Assembly (NCBI GenBank): GCA_964234715.1
Contig: OZ174279.1
Strand: one strand, 5' to 3'
Length of the DNA stretch: 64,000 bases
Source of the DNA: Podarcis melisellensis
Lineage: Eukaryota
The translations under genes and the position numbers were made by a program. Below the pieces are notes generated by a model, which saw only the letters and a program-made list of their open reading frames with translations, was not told where the DNA came from and did not search any database. Positions 49,569-63,880 of the stretch are shown piece by piece (positions within the stretch are counted from its first letter, which is position 1; every line of letters begins with the position of its first letter).

Positions 49569-52500
49569 GTTTATATTGTCTTCTCTTTTTTTCAACTCCC
49601 AATTGCCTTCCGCGGTATCGTCATCCAGTCATATCTGATTGGCTCTGAGGGCTTTCTGGTGGTTCCCTCACCACGAGAAGTGAGGTTGCTAGCCTCCCTG
49701 ATGTCAATATTTAAGGGGAGGACATATATCCAGGAAAGAGAAAGAAGAAGAAGCCAATAACCATTGAAAACAATTTCATTGGTTTTGATGGAGGGAGGAG
49801 GAATGTGACTAGTTGCACAAAGTTTTTGATGCAAGGGGAATCTCTCCAATATCACTATTTTCAACTAGAAGGTCAAAAGTGAAGAATACAGTACAGCCCT
49901 ATTATGGACACACCGGCTCAGCCATTTCTTCCCCTATGGGGCTGCATACTGAGAAATTCTCGGGCAGCACTGCATGGAACAATCTATTACTGTCAAAAAC
50001 AGCCGTAAGTCTCATTCAAAGAAAAATCCAAAGATAAATGTTTGTAGCCTGGATGTTAGGAAAAAAAGTTCAAAATATTCTGTTAGCTATATCTTTCTGA
50101 CTGACAGCACATGAATTAATGTCAAACAATCCATACCATGTCAGCATATATGACATCTCCATCCTGCATCTTAAAAAGCATTTAACAACTATAGAGTCTC
50201 TGCTGACATGACATTGAATTTCAGACAGTGTCTACAATGCAGTCTTCAAGACATTTTGATGATGATTAATCATTTAGGTCTCTTCTTCATTTGCTCTAGG
50301 AACTGGTGGTTACAAAGATACATATTTTTAATTCCTGGCAAGACAAACAGTCCAAACAGATGACCAGTTTACCACAGCACTGTGTTCTCCCAACACAAGT
50401 AATTTGGTTGTCTTGCCAAGTAGCAAAGTTAATTTTAACATAGACCTCATATACATGTTTTGTTTTTGTTTTTTTGTTTTAAATGTGTTCTAAAATTGTT
50501 GGTGATAACCACTCAGGAATATAAGCAAATGTGAAAGAGTAGCCAATAAATTGATGTAAATTTAATACCCCCCTACAAAGTCTGGTTCTAGAATAATGTT
50601 TGAGGGCATCATGTACAGAATAATTGCATGTAAATGAGCTGTATCCTCAAATCAAGTCATTTTTCACAGTTCCTCCCTCTCGAATAGAGTAACTTTTTAC
50701 ATTTTTCATATGAGAGCTATTTCTTAGAAATATTTCACCAAACAAAACTGGCATAGTAAAACCACTATGAAACCATTGCTTAAAAAAAATAAAATAAACA
50801 TGCAATCTAGGCCTTAATCTAGGTTTTGTGCTCAGAGAGTACTTTTCTCTTTAAAGTGTCTCTCTCATGGCTAAATTTATATTATAAATACATAGCAGAG
50901 CATTCCTAAGCAAAACCTTGGTGTGACAGGGACAAGGAACTTCCAAGTGGAAGAATTATCTGTTCCAAGAAGAGGAGTAAACAGAGTAAAGAGAGGGTAG
51001 AAAGGATTAGGAGATGAGGTCAACAAAAACCATACAACTGACCTACGTGCTGGTTTGCTCAATTACTAGGGAAGGTTTAGTTTGTATTGCAAATGGCTCT
51101 TAACGTGTTCTGTGCTATTTGTGGACAGAGTAGCCCAGGAGGGGACAAAGTGGGGAGAACCATTTCAGTTAATTTCTCCCAAGAGGTGGGGCTCGCCACT
51201 ACCAATCAAAGTAGTACAACTTCTTTCTTTCTTTCCCCCCAAAGCCCCCACCACTGCCAACCTGTGACAGCAGCAGCTGTGTTAAGTGCCTGTCCACCAT
51301 TTCACATCCTCCACAATTCCTGGGATCGAGCATCATCCCAAGGCAGGGTGGTAGGGAAGTAGCAACAAACAGACAAAATGGTGGAGCATATTTGGTGAGT
51401 ACCTCTGTGTTAATGCAATTCTCTTCTCATAAATGTTCAAAAGGTGAACTGGGTGTGGTGCCAGTGTGTCCTCAAGCTTTTATGAGGAAACAAAACTACA
51501 CATGTATACTTGATACCTTTGAGGGACTGTGTTGAAAAGCGAGTAAATCTCTGGAGTTAAATTCTTTGTAAAGAAACAAAAACAACAATGCGCAAGGATG
51601 CTTCTGTTCTAGAGTATGTTCTCTTAAGTGCCCGATTGTATAAATCTAAGTCAACAGTTGCTACTGGATCATTTCCTTAGCCAAAGTCTGTATAGAAATG
51701 TATAGCTGCATTAAGAATTGCTTGTCAGTGTGTTTGTGGGATCAGCCTCTGAACTAAGAACCTGATTTGTGCCTCTGTACTAACTTGCAGATCTATTCAA
51801 TGTTTCTCATTCCATATGTTTACTAAGTTCCGGGCAAATCTGTTGCACTTTGCTACATGAAAGGACTTGCTGCAAATCAAAGGAACCTAAGTGGGGACAG
51901 CTCATAGCTAGTTTACCTAAGCCATATAAAATGCCATAAAACCATAACAGGATTATTATAGGCTTTATACTCCTTTCATCAAGCTAGGCTGTTGTTGTTT
52001 CAAATATTAAAAGCAGCCATATATTCATGTTACTTGAACATTCTTAGCATGGCAGCTTAATTTATTGCATTTAAACCTGCAGGGCAATTAGAGACAGATT
52101 TTTTTTAAGGCACATCCAAGGACATTGGCTGCTGAAATCTTACTGATAATTCAGGGCAACTGGGCAGTTAGACCACCACATTTTCAGAATCCCCCTATAA
52201 TTTGGAGGACAGGCCTGTGTTCCAAATTGGTCACTACAACTTTGAGGGGGTACTCATTATGGATAGCTCTAGTGTGCTTCTCCATGTCAGTGCTGCTGCT
52301 GCCGCCTCCTCCTCCTCCTCCTCATTTCTGCCCAAGCATGTGGGCAGGTGAGATGGCTTACTGTCAGAGGATCTGAAAAGGGAAGAATAAGGTGGCAGAG
52401 GTGGAAAGGGGGCTTCTCTTGCGATCGCCAGGTGGCTGCCCACACTGACATAGTGCCACTGTATAGGTATAGGGTATTTGGGGCATTTACTGCTGGGATG

Positions 52501-52865
52501 TGTCCAAGGGAATGGGGGCAATTTGAGGGCCCCCAGCTGCCTCCACCCCACTGGCTGGCAGCCAGGCGAACTCTGGTCCTTGAAACAACATCAAAACAGT
52601 GGCACACAGCTTCAGAAGCCTTCAGAAGCTTGAGCACGCCTCAATCAGCAGAGTGAATGGCATGCAACAGAAGTGGCAGACAGAGGCATACGTAAAGCAT
52701 ATTTACAAGCAGTTTATTCAGCATAGTTCAGGACAAAGAAAAACATGTCTGCTTTCTTTCATGTCCAAGAGCAGGAAGCACTAAGCAAAAGCTATACACA
52801 GACGGAAGTTCCCAGCAAGCTGTGCTGGAATGTAAACAGACATTTAACATACAACAATCCACATA

Positions 52866-53351
52866 CCGCATTTTTCGCCCTATAGGACGCACTTTTTCCC
52901 CTCCAAAAATGAAGGGGAAATGTTTGTGCATCCTATGGGGTGAATGCAAGCTTTTGCTGAAGCCTGGAGAGCGAGAGGGGTCGGTGCGCACTGACCCCTC
53001 TCGCTCTCCAGGCTTCAGGAAGCTCTCCACAAGCCGTGGGAGAGCTGCCTGCACCCAGAAGACTGGGGCGCGCTGAGCTCAGCACGCCCCAGGCTTCGGG
53101 CTTCGCGCAGCTCTCCCACCTCTTGCGGAGAGCTATCTGTACCCAGAAGCCTGGGGCACGCTGATCTCAGCGCCCCCAGGCTTCGGGCATCGCACAACTC
53201 TCCCACGGCCTGCAGATAGCAGTTGTTCTGGGGGCTGGGGTCAGGCGAAGCTCGGGCCTGGGGGGGGGAAATATTTTTTTTTCTTTATTTCCCCCCAAAA
53301 AAACTAGGTGTGCCCTATGGGCCGGTGCGCCCTATGGGGCGAAAAATACGG
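52866..53351. mobile_element. Tc1/mariner (pogo-like) MITE with internal hairpins
   Basis: TIRs CCG(C/T)ATTTTTCGCCC(T/C)ATAGG, TA on both flanks and a CpG-rich interior. Confidence 0.9.
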
Positions 53352-55419
53352 TATCTGTTTCTCAATATCGTAACACTTACAGCGGTTGCTCCTCAGTACT
53401 CTCCAAAGTGACAGAAAAGGGGTCTCAGGATAGTGTCGTCATGAGTGCTGGACTACAGCAGCTGCTTGAGGATAATGCCTACTGCTGCTCTGTTTGCACT
53501 CTGGAGCGGGACCAAGGGCACCTTACTACTTCTGTCACTATGGCATAATAGGGAACTGCTGCACAGATCTCTGCTGTGGTGCAGCACAACCTCTTTGGCT
53601 GAAACCCAGCAAGAATCAAGTGATACTAGGAGCTAAAAGGGTCCCATTTGGTTTTACAAGCTGCTGATACTGACTTGGCTTCTCAGTCTGAGCAATCCCT
53701 TTTGGGTACAGGCTGAGTTGCTCATAGAATTGTTTCATTTCCTGTCATGACCATCTGCCTTCCACCAGGCCATCAACCCTGACACCCACCACAAGATACC
53801 AACCCCATCAACTGAGAAATTAACTGCCTTAGAGAGTACTTAATGCCACCTACTAGGTGTGTCACCATCAGTGTGTGTATTCTTTTCTGAAGCAAGATAA
53901 TGACATCCGGTACAGCTACACAAAATATGAGCTACCATTGTCTAGCTTCCTCTTTCCCTTTCAGCTGCTGCTTATAATAGCCCCCAAATTGCTTTTTTAA
54001 AAGTAGTTTTCATTAATGTAAAATCATGTGCAGACAAACAAAAAAGTAATCAAAGTTACAAAATATGGGAGCAGTACAGAAGCTGAATTTTCCAAATAAA
54101 TAGAGAGCACACAATGCATAATGAAAGCCAAATTTCACAGTTTGGTAGAAAACAGCTTTGCTTATCTGAAATGTTCTGGGTCTTCCTCAGCCTTAGAAAT
54201 ACGGAGTTTGTGGATTCCTTTCTCTGGGGTTGCCAGAATCCACATATTTCAAATTTGCTTTTTAAACTCCTCTTGATTTAAAGGACTGAAATCTGGTTCA
54301 TACACCTGAAGCTCCCATCACAGGTCTATATAAGTCATGGTTCCATGTGCCCACCCTCCCATCACAAGTCTGACAGTGCTGCATACTCCCAGAGATACCT
54401 GCAAGGGACTCACTGGAAATAAGAAGCAGTCCTGAGAGTATTTTGTTTTCAAAATACCTGCCTAGGGGAATGAAAGATTGAAGCTCACACCAGGATTTCC
54501 CATTTCCATTAACAAGATTGAGTGCTTGTGACCCTCGCCACAATGCCTGTGGAATATAAAGCTGGGATGTAGCTAATTGTGCCACTATGCATAGTTAATT
54601 ATATTAGTGAATGGCAAAGATAATGGGCACCCTGCAACTTTTTATGGTGTAAACATTCTGCAAAGTCCACATTCAGTCTCTAGCAGTTTGCTTCATTGCT
54701 AATTAGAAGCTCTTCAAGCCTGTATTAAGAACCATTCCTTCGGGGGGCTGGAGAGAAATATGTGGGAAAGAGCACTATGCGTTAGTGATTTTGAAGGATT
54801 TGGTGATTAAACGAACATAAAATTTGAGTGGGCGGCAATAAGAAAATCCATGTTGATCCACGCAAGACAATTGTTGTGGCAGCTTCCTTCTGACGGATGA
54901 TTTCTGCATCAACACATTGGATAGATTCTAGAACACATGGCTAGCAGCTGAACAGTTAATTGACATATGGAATATCTATCTAGGGACTATTATTGTGATC
55001 TGCTAAGCCAGCCACAGTCTTGGAGAGGCACAAGGGAGAATTCTGCAGCACAGATGCAGAAAGACGCATGGTAATTACAGTATGTTGTAGAGCAAAAGTT
55101 TAAAAGTTCAAAAAACCCAGCAGCAGACATGCTATGGAAATCCACTGGGAGCCAGTTCTTTCAAAATGTTTGGCTAGAGGTAGCCCAAAATGTGTAGTGC
55201 TACTAGAAAATTCTGTTGGCTCAAAATCGTAAGGACAGGTGCCTGGGCTTGCTTGTGAAGTTGTTTCGAATGCTGTTAGTCTCAGGATGTTACAAACATT
55301 ATATCACGTTACATTTATTTGAAGCAATTCTGCTCCCAGGTAAGAACTGTTTTAGGTTTCTAAACTCTTCCATCCACCAAGAACAGCCTTTCCTGACCTA
55401 GTACTTGCTGGCCAAGAGT

Positions 55420-56097
55420 ATAGAGGGGCTAACTTCTATTATCTATGCTCTGGTAATCCTTAGATTATATTACTGCTATGTGCTATACATGGGGTTGCCT
55501 TTGAGGTCAGTTCAGAAACTGCAGTTGGTACAGAATTTAGCAGCCAGGTTGCTCACTGAAGCAAGACAATTTCAAGTTTCAACACATAACACCAATTCTG
55601 GCCTGATGGTGCTGGCTACCTATTAGTTTCAGAACTCAGTGTAAAGTACTGGTTTTGACCTATAAAGGATCAGGACCCCAATATCTCATGGACCACTTCT
55701 CCCCACACAAATTGACCTGAATGTTATTTGAGGCCCTTACTCAGGTACCCACCTCACAGGAAATCCAGAGGGTGACAATAAGATAATAGGCCTTTTCAGT
55801 CGTGGCTCCCCCACTTGTGGGATCCTTTCCTCAGGGAGGATCAATTGTCACCATCTTTGTCTAGTTTTAGATACCAGGCAAAAACTTTCCTCTTTATCTG
55901 GGCTTTTGGTCCTTAATCTGAAGGGTTTTGTGGCCTTCTTGGCCTGAGTTTTATTTGTATAGATGTGCTTGCTTGGCTTTTAGTTTTTTTATTGATTATG
56001 GTTGCTGTAATTGCTTTTAGCATTTCTATTGTGTTTGTTAAGTCACTTTGAGTCATTTCTGTGAGGAAAGCCACTAAGAAAAATAATAATAATAATC
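55420..56097 (+). mobile_element. L2 3' fragment (older)
   Basis: Reads ALVILRLYYCYVLYMGLPLRSVQKLQLVQNLAARLL, with an (AAT)n tail. Confidence 0.85.
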
Positions 56098-56207
56098 CAC
56101 TCTAAATAATGAAAGAGCTGTGGCTTAGTCTTCCAAAGTGCTCTGCCATGAGTTAGATGGACTAATAGTCTAACTCAGTTAAAATGTACTTCCTATGTTC
56201 CAAAGTA

Positions 56208-56433
56208 CAGTGGTACCTTGGGTTAAGTACTTAATTCATTCCAGAGGTCTGTACTTAACCTGAAACTGTTCTTAACCTGAAGCACCACTTTAGCTAATGG
56301 GGCCTCCTGCTGCCGCCGCGCCACCAGAACCCGATTTCTGTTCTTATCCTGAAGCAAAGTTCTTAACCTGAAGCACTATTTCTAGGTTACCTGAGTGTGT
56401 AACCTGAAGCGTATGTAACCTGAGGTACCACTG
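56208..56433. mobile_element. pogo/Tigger-like MITE, copy 3
   Basis: CAGTGGTACCT TIRs and TA flanks. Confidence 0.9.
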
Positions 56434-56622
56434 TATGTTTTCTCTAAATGGGCCCTCTGCTGGTGAACCAACTGAAGCTGTTGAAAAGCACTCAGGCCAC
56501 CAACACAATCTGCACCTCCAAAGATAATCTGGGGTTCCCCTGGACTTAATGCTATGTCCTTGGTTTCCAGAACCAGTAATCCACCTCTGTCCAGATCATA
56601 AGATTTCACGAGACACAGGACT

Positions 56623-57690
56623 TAGAATCATAGAACCATAGAATTGTAGAGTTGTAGATGACCCTCAAGCTCTTGCCAACCTAGCAGTTCAAAAGCATGT
56701 CAAGTGCAAGTAGATAAATAGGTACCGCTCTGGCAGGAAGGTAAACAGCGTTTCTGTGCGCTACTCTGGTTCGCCAGAAGTGGCTTAGTCATACTGGCCA
56801 CATGACCTGGAAAAACTGTCTGCGGACAAACGCTGGTTCCCTTGGCCAGTAAAGCGAGATGAGCGCGCAACCCCAGAGTTGTCCACGACTGGACCTAGCA
56901 GTCAGGGGTACCTTTACCTTTTTTAGATGACCCTCAAGGGTCCCTTCCAAGATCCCGCAATGCAGGAATCTCACCTAAAGCATCCATGACAGATGGCCAT
57001 CCAAACTCTGCTGAAAAACCTCCAAGGAAGGAGAGTCCACAACCTTCTAAGGGAGTCCATTTCACTGTTGAACAGCTCCTACCACCAGAAAGTTCTTCCT
57101 GATGTTCAGTCTGAATCTCCTTTCTGTTTATGCAGCCTAGAATAGCATTAGCTTTCTTTGTTGCAACATCACACTGTTGACTCAGGTTAAGCTGGTGGTC
57201 TACTAAGACTCCTAGATCCTTTTGTTACTGGCAGATCAGGTGTCCTTCGTCTTATATTTGTGCAGATGGTTCTTCCTGCCTAAGTGCAGGAAGTGCAATA
57301 TGGACATTTGTCCCTATTGAAATTCATTTTGTTAATTTGGGCCCAGTTCTCCAATCTGTTAATCTTGAATCCTGTTTGTGCCTTCTGCGGCATTGGCTAC
57401 CCTTCCCAGTTTGCTGCCATCTGCAAATTTGATGAGCATCCCCTCAATTCCTTCATCCAAGTTGTTTATAAAGGTGTTGAACAACAACAGGCCCAGGACA
57501 GAACACTGCAGCACCCCATGTGTCACATTTTTCCCCAGAATGATGAGAAATCATTAGTGAGCACTCTTCGTGTCTGGGCAGTCAACCAGCTATGAATCCA
57601 CCTAACAGTTACGTTGTACAGCCCACATTTTACCAGTTTCTTCGCAAGAATATCATGGAGGACTTTGCCAAAAGCCTTACTGAAATCCAT
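56623..57690 (-). mobile_element. CR1 LINE 3' portion with internal deletions
   Basis: Reads MDFSKAFGKVLHDILAKKLVKCGL..VRWIHSWL and LIKFADGSKLGR. The (ATTCTAT)-type tail is seen as tagaatcatagaa on the plus strand. Confidence 0.9.
56670..56923 (+). mobile_element. 5'-truncated Sauria SINE nested in the CR1 3'UTR, 15-bp TSD TAGATGACCCTCAAG
   Basis: TSD at 56655-56669 and 56924-56938. Confidence 0.93.
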
Positions 57691-57714
57691 TATGTCAGGA
57701 TATTGTTTCAGCCT

Positions 57715-58060
57715 TTTGCCCTCATACAACCCAAGAGTGCTTCCAGACACCTTCTATGCTCTTCCTGGGATCAGATGAAGGAAAAGAGAGAGTTGAGTGC
57801 AATCTGCATAGTGATGACATTGCAGCCCAAATTGCCAGATGGCTTCTTCCACTAGTAGATTTCAAAGTGCATGAAAGATAAGATGGAATCTTGTGGCACC
57901 CTAAAGGCCAACAGCCGAATGATGGAACAGTGGTCACAAAAGCACCACCGATCTCAGCAAGATGGTCCAGAATGATACCATGCTCAATTGTATCAAAAGC
58001 TATTGAGAGGTCCAAAATGGTTGTACTTCCCCAGTTGATTCCCTGATACAAGTCATTCAC
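57715..58060 (-). mobile_element. L2 RT fragment
   Basis: Reads LDLSIAFDTIEHGIILDHL and HYADCTQL (decayed YADD). Confidence 0.75.
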
Positions 58061-59045
58061 CGGAATAATGAGTCTGCTGCAAATCTAGACTGGAAGCAAC
58101 ATTTACACCAGCATAAAGGACTGATTGGTCAAACAGTGGATCCCATAGCTGATTTGAAGAAAACAGATAGTGAGCTGGAATGCTTTCTTTCTTTAAAGAT
58201 TGTGCTGGTTTATTTGTAGCTGTTTCAGTTACTATTATAATTAGATTTCCTTCCATCTATTGCATTACATTGACTTTTCTTTTCCTCCCACCCAAAGGAG
58301 CATGTGAGTACTGAGTTACTTTGACTACACAGAGAATGCTTTCTCAAGCATCTTAAATCAAAAGGATGTTTTTCATGTTTTAGTGTTCATTTACTGGACT
58401 GCAAATGCTGTTGGTCCAAGTATGTAATGTACTGCCACCTAAATTGGTAGTAGCAGGTAATCAAAAGAGGATGAAGAAGTACATTATTATCCTGGGTTTG
58501 TTTTCAGTCACTGATTGCTTTGAAAAGGTAGGGCATAACAGAGGAGGCAATGTAGGTATTGTTTTATAGTTAAAACCCTGGGCCAAGGACTATACAACTT
58601 TAATTCAATTCTCAGCTACACCACAAATTCCTTTGTGACCCTGAACAAACCTTGAATGTTCTCCATGCAGTGCCTCAGATGATTCCATCTTCAGCTTTTT
58701 TACTACATGATAATAAATGAATTCCACAGAAGTTGCTACCTGCCTGGTTTTCAACTGGAACCAAAAACAAACCCCTGTGTTGCAATAAGAACCAATCACA
58801 ACATGTAAGCTAATAGTTAGTAGAGAATATATAATAGAATAATGATATCATTCAGATTGTAGGAATAAGCCAATCAAAGTTCATATGTACAAAATAACAG
58901 AGTGGTAGCGAGGACCGTCAAGCCGTGTGTTCAAAACAGATATCTAAGGACAGTCTCACAATAGTCTTTCAAAAGTTTCAACAGAAGACATCTCAAAAGC
59001 CTCAAGAGAACAGTGTCTCCAGAATGATACTACTGTTTTGTAATA

Positions 59046-59241
59046 CAGTGATATCTTGGGTTACAGACTCTTCAGGTTACAAACTCCGCTAACCCAGAAA
59101 TAGTACCTTGGGTTAAGAACTTTGCTTCAGGATGAGAACCGAAATCACAGCGGCAGCAGCGGGAGGCCCCATTAGCTAAGGTGATACCTCAGGATAAGAA
59201 CCTCCAGAATGAATTAAGTTCTTAACCCAAAAGTACCACTG
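59046..59241. mobile_element. pogo/Tigger-like MITE, copy 4 (opposite orientation)
   Basis: Degenerate TIRs and TA flanks. The interior is the reverse complement of copies 1-3. Confidence 0.85.
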
Positions 59242-60829
59242 TAGTCTTTCATCAGCCGATATTTTTCAACAGAATATGTAAGTGGTGGAGGGGAATGGGA
59301 CCCTCTGCTTGCCAGATTTCAGAAGGAAGTTGCTACCACAGCCATTATGTAAATGTGCTTTTTGATGAACTGTGATAGAAGACTGTGAGTCATGGGGGTG
59401 AGGAGAGAGCGTGTGTGAATTCAGCAGTGCTAAGTTTGTTTTTGGTTCTTAGTTCATTAATGTTGTCAGTGTTGTTTTGTGGATTATGAGTGCTCTAACA
59501 CTTTGTGAATTTTATAATACGACTTTTCTTGTGCTTGTGCCATTTATTTTTTTCAGCTGTCTTGTTAATAGGGTTTTATAGAAGGTAGTTGTTCTATTGA
59601 TGATTTATTCCTTATTTTATATAATTTGTGTTGCAGTTGGGATGTTCTACTATGATATTATTTATTGTATGTAAACCGCTTTGTGACTTGTGTGAGCGAA
59701 ATGTGGCATAGAAATCCAGTATAATAAATGAAATATTGGACCGTCCACACATCTCTCTGCTTTTACTAGTTGTTCTGCAACACTTCCCCAAAATTACCAC
59801 AATATTGATTTCTGGAGGGGTACCACAAAAGCAGGGCAAGAAGAAAAATATCTAGATCATTTGCAGCATGAAAAGTTGCAGGATTTCAGCAAGACATTAC
59901 AGAACAAACACTGGTTGGAAATACCACATGAAAGCGAGATCACGTATAACCACCCTAAGACTATCATGAGCACAAATCATCGTGAATGCATAATATTGTA
60001 CAAGGAAGTCGGAGGGTCCTTCATCTGCCATCTATTTTATATATAGACTTACCTAAGAACTAACACAGGACAACTGTCTGCTCCTGCCATGTTTGTCTAT
60101 TGTGATATCATCACTGAAATGTTAACATTTGCGTGGATCATGCAAACCTTTATGAAAGATTCAGGCTTGTTGGGAGCTAGTAGCAAGAGGGTATTTTTAG
60201 AAAAGCCCAACATTTTGTGGGGAGGGGGGTGGGATCTGGGCTTAATAACCAATCGGAAATACACAGAATGATGTAAAAGGGGCCTGTTAATTATGTAGAA
60301 AAATAACGTTTAAATTAGCTGCAGCCCTCCAGTTTGCTGCTTTGTAATCTAATCCTCTGTGCTAAACATATTTCCTGCTCCTGCATAGTTTAATTATCAT
60401 TGCTTCTCCTTTATTTTTAGGCTGAGCATGCAGCACAGGCTGACAATGGAATTTTACCTAGGCCAAAAACACACTTCTTACCAAAAGAAAGAACACTTAC
60501 TGCTTGAATACCATTTTTGCAAATCTCAATTTTAGCCCATTAAATCCATTGCTGGTGTGTGTGTGCGTGTGGAATTTAGCTCCTCATAGTCATCTTGGCT
60601 GTAAACCCTGCTTTCTGAGCTGCATCTGCCCAGAAAAAGAGAGGAAGAAGACTTCACATTAATTCATTTCCAGAGAGGAGCTGAGGAGTGTTCTTCCAAA
60701 CCCATCGCTGTTGAACTGCAAGTGGCCAGAGCAATATGGATCAATATTTGACTTTTTTTCCTGTTTGGTTTTGCCATCAAAGTGGTGCTTTTCATGTCAT
60801 TCCCTCAACACACCTTTTTTCTTTTCAGA

Positions 60830-60832
<3 letters not shown>

Positions 60833-60870
<38 letters not shown>
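60833..60870. repeat. (GT)n microsatellite
   Basis: Dinucleotide array followed by a short CA run. Confidence 0.95.
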
Positions 60871-60871
<1 letters not shown>

Positions 60872-62112
60872 ACACACATGAAAAGGCTCCATGGTTATGA
60901 ATTATTAAAGCTATCAAATGCCCTATATCCTTCTTCCTGCATTTATTAAAAGCCAAAGGTGCAATTCACTCACAGTGAAGTCTCCTTGCACAAACCCCAT
61001 TGAATTAACTGGACACGGGGGGGGGGGGCTGTTCACTTCTTTAGGGATTGTACACGAGAAATGTTTGGTGGGTTGTGCGTTGAAGAACTAACCAACCTAG
61101 ATTCCACTGTTCCCCCATTGGGTGTTTGCTCCTGAACCATTTCCTGTAATTAAAATGGAGCAGGATCTTTTTAAAAAAAGGATGCGCTGTGATGTTTACA
61201 GCTAAAAGAATCATCACAGAACCATCCTCTCCGGTATGCATAGCCTTCATAATGCAATGCAGGGTGTGTGTAAAGATCACTGGTTTTATTTAACAGCTGA
61301 AGAGACAGGTAAATGTTTCAGAAAAGTCTTGTTAAATACTGTTACTTTTTCATTCTTTTTATGCATTGATCAAAAGCTGTTACTAGTCATTGCATATCTA
61401 CAAACAGTACAGTACAGATAAGATAGTTTGTCAGTCTTCTTTGACATCAGGGAGGAAGCCAAACAAAATGGATCCTGCGTTGCCTTTTTGGTTTTTGTTA
61501 GCTAAACGTACCCTGCTTATTCTGGGGTCAGGATAAGACACCCTAAAACTGTGTGCAGACTATACATTTAAAACTGCCCCTCAAAGGACCTTGGGAGATA
61601 TAACTTACACCTCACAGAACTACCATCTTTAACAAATTACACAGAATTTGGGGGGGGGGTGTTAAAATATGGTGTGAATGCAGCCTAGGTTTTAAAGGCC
61701 ACAAAAACTGAAAGGATGTATATTTATGTTTACATCCATTAAAATTGCTTTGTCTGTGAATAATATAACATGCAAGAAAAGTAGTCTTTACCTGCATAGG
61801 CAATATCCTATTTCTTTTGCCTTAGCAGAGCCTGAGGCTCAACAGGAAATGGCTGTCATTATACATGAGAAGTCCAGCCATTTATGCCATTTTCTTACTC
61901 TCCCCTTGTCCCTAGATTTTTAAATTTTTAAAAAAAATTATTAAGATTTTGGGAGGTTACAAAAGCACATATGAGTATATCATCTCTATTTTCAGATTAT
62001 ACAAATCAGTCATATTCGATGTGAAACTTAGGGTTGTAGTCCCCAGATAATGCGTAGTACTGCAGGACTAAAAGAAAATTTGTGGACACTGCTGTCTGAT
62101 GTGGCACTATAT

Positions 62113-62325
62113 TAGGCAGTGATGTCTAGTGGTTAGGGCTTGGATTAGGACCTGGACAGAGTTTAAAACTGGACTAAGCCATGAAGCCTATGGGATGACC
62201 TTGGGTCAGTTGCTGTCTCTCAGCCTAACCTACCTCACAGGGTTATTTTGAGAATAAAATGGGGAAGAGGAGATCCTTAAGTTCCTTGAGAAGAAAGGTG
62301 GGGTATAGATGTAATAATAAATAGT
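62113..62325 (+). mobile_element. MIR-like (Squam3-type) SINE
   Basis: Same architecture as 45565-45800 (agccatgaagc, gatgaccttggg, cagcctaacctacctcacagggtt). Confidence 0.82.
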
Positions 62326-62461
62326 AAATCTTCCTCCCAGTTCAGAATATCCTGGTTTATATTTTATGATTTGGGAGCCAATAAAAGGACTATATTGCTT
62401 GTCCCAGTTGAACAAGCTTTTGCAGTAACTTAGGATAAATTTTAAAATAAGAATGTTTTCA

Positions 62462-62635
62462 CACACATCCACACCATACGCTGAAAGCACACCTTAAACA
62501 CATGGCTTTCCCCAAAGAATCCTGGGAGATGCAGCTTACCCCTCACAGAGCTAGAATTCCCAGCACCCTTAACAAACTACAGTTCCCAGGACCCTTTGGT
62601 GGAAGCCACGTGCTTTAAATGCATGGTGTTGGTAT
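62462..62635. mobile_element. Palindromic MITE (PIF/Harbinger-like); related copy at about 61550-61686
   Basis: Imperfect inverted arms: acaccat..aaacacatggctttccccaaagaatcctggga / tcccaggaccctttggtggaagccacgtgctttaaatgcatggtgt. Confidence 0.6.
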
Positions 62636-63414
62636 GACCAGACAGTTTAAACTTAAAACACACACACACACACTTACTTCCCAGTGACTCCCTGTCAGCT
62701 TGCAGCAAAAGCAGGCAAGCTCTGCAGGCAAGGCGTGACATAACTAGGCTCCTGAGCCCCACAGGGGTGCCGCAGAAAGACTGTAGTTGGTCAAGGGAAC
62801 CGTGGGTGCAAAAAGCTTGCAAACCTCTGGTCTGCTCCACAAGTTTGGTGTGGATTTTTAATTCACGTGTTAAAACATACACAAGGCAGTGGGCCTGAAG
62901 CCGAAACTGAGGTAAAACCAAGATGACCCTTTCTTCGCCTATTAATCGTTCACGCAGTCAAGAAAGCAACCATGGGATATTTTGGCATATCCATTTGTTT
63001 TAAGATCCCCCTCCCTCCCTCTTACAGCAGCTTCAGTCAGCAAACTGACACGTTCCTGTGAGAGATGTCAGAGAGGGCAAGCACAGGATGCTTCATTTTA
63101 ATGCAAAAGGACCCCATTGAATCAGGCTGCCCCTCCGACTGGAAGCTTGTCAAGCTGAGCAGACCCTCTGCCTATTAATCATTTATACAACCATCAGAAG
63201 GAATGCAAAGCAATGCTGTGCGTAGAAATACACGACTCTCTATGAAACATTTAAGCTGTAGCCCAAGAGCCTCTTACTTAGGAGAAAGCCCCTGTGAACT
63301 CCAGTCCCTCCAGATGTAAGACTATAGAATTTCAGTCCCATTCTAAGTACACATACACAGGATTTCATGGTAAGGGGTTTATTTTATTCTATTCCAGTGG
63401 GTTTTTTAAAAAAA

Positions 63415-63880
63415 AAATCAAGAGCTAAGAAGAGCCCAAACCTTTGGGTACAAGTTTTGGAATGGAATGAACGGGTTCAATTTCATAATGGCTATGGTTT
63501 GCCTGTCTTTTCCACTTACCCACAATAGATTCCTAATATTGGTCTTCATTAAGTATTTCTCCATTAGCCTGTTATAGCTATCCTTTGGACTTTGCCATTG
63601 CATTAACCATAACAATCCTGCTGCATCAAATCATAGGCTTATTTCATGGGTGCCCAACCATCTTTCATTTTCCTTTACTTTCCCAACCTTTCTGGATGCT
63701 CTTGGTTTTTGGTCTTTGCATATAAACCTATCAATTAGCTTTTGACATGTTTCGACCACTGAATTCAATCTATAGGCGAGGAGGTTATGTGATAAAAATA
63801 GGATCCTAGGAAGTATGCTCATTTTTATTATGTTAATTCTTATCAATAGAGAACTACTTTCCTTTCCCCAATTCCTTGGG
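63415..63880 (-). mobile_element. L1-clade LINE ORF2 fragment
   Basis: Reads RINIIKMSILPRILFLSHNL..QKLIDRFICKDQKPR, matching the L1 motif GRINLIKMNILPR.LFLFQ..FIW..KKPR. Confidence 0.8.
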
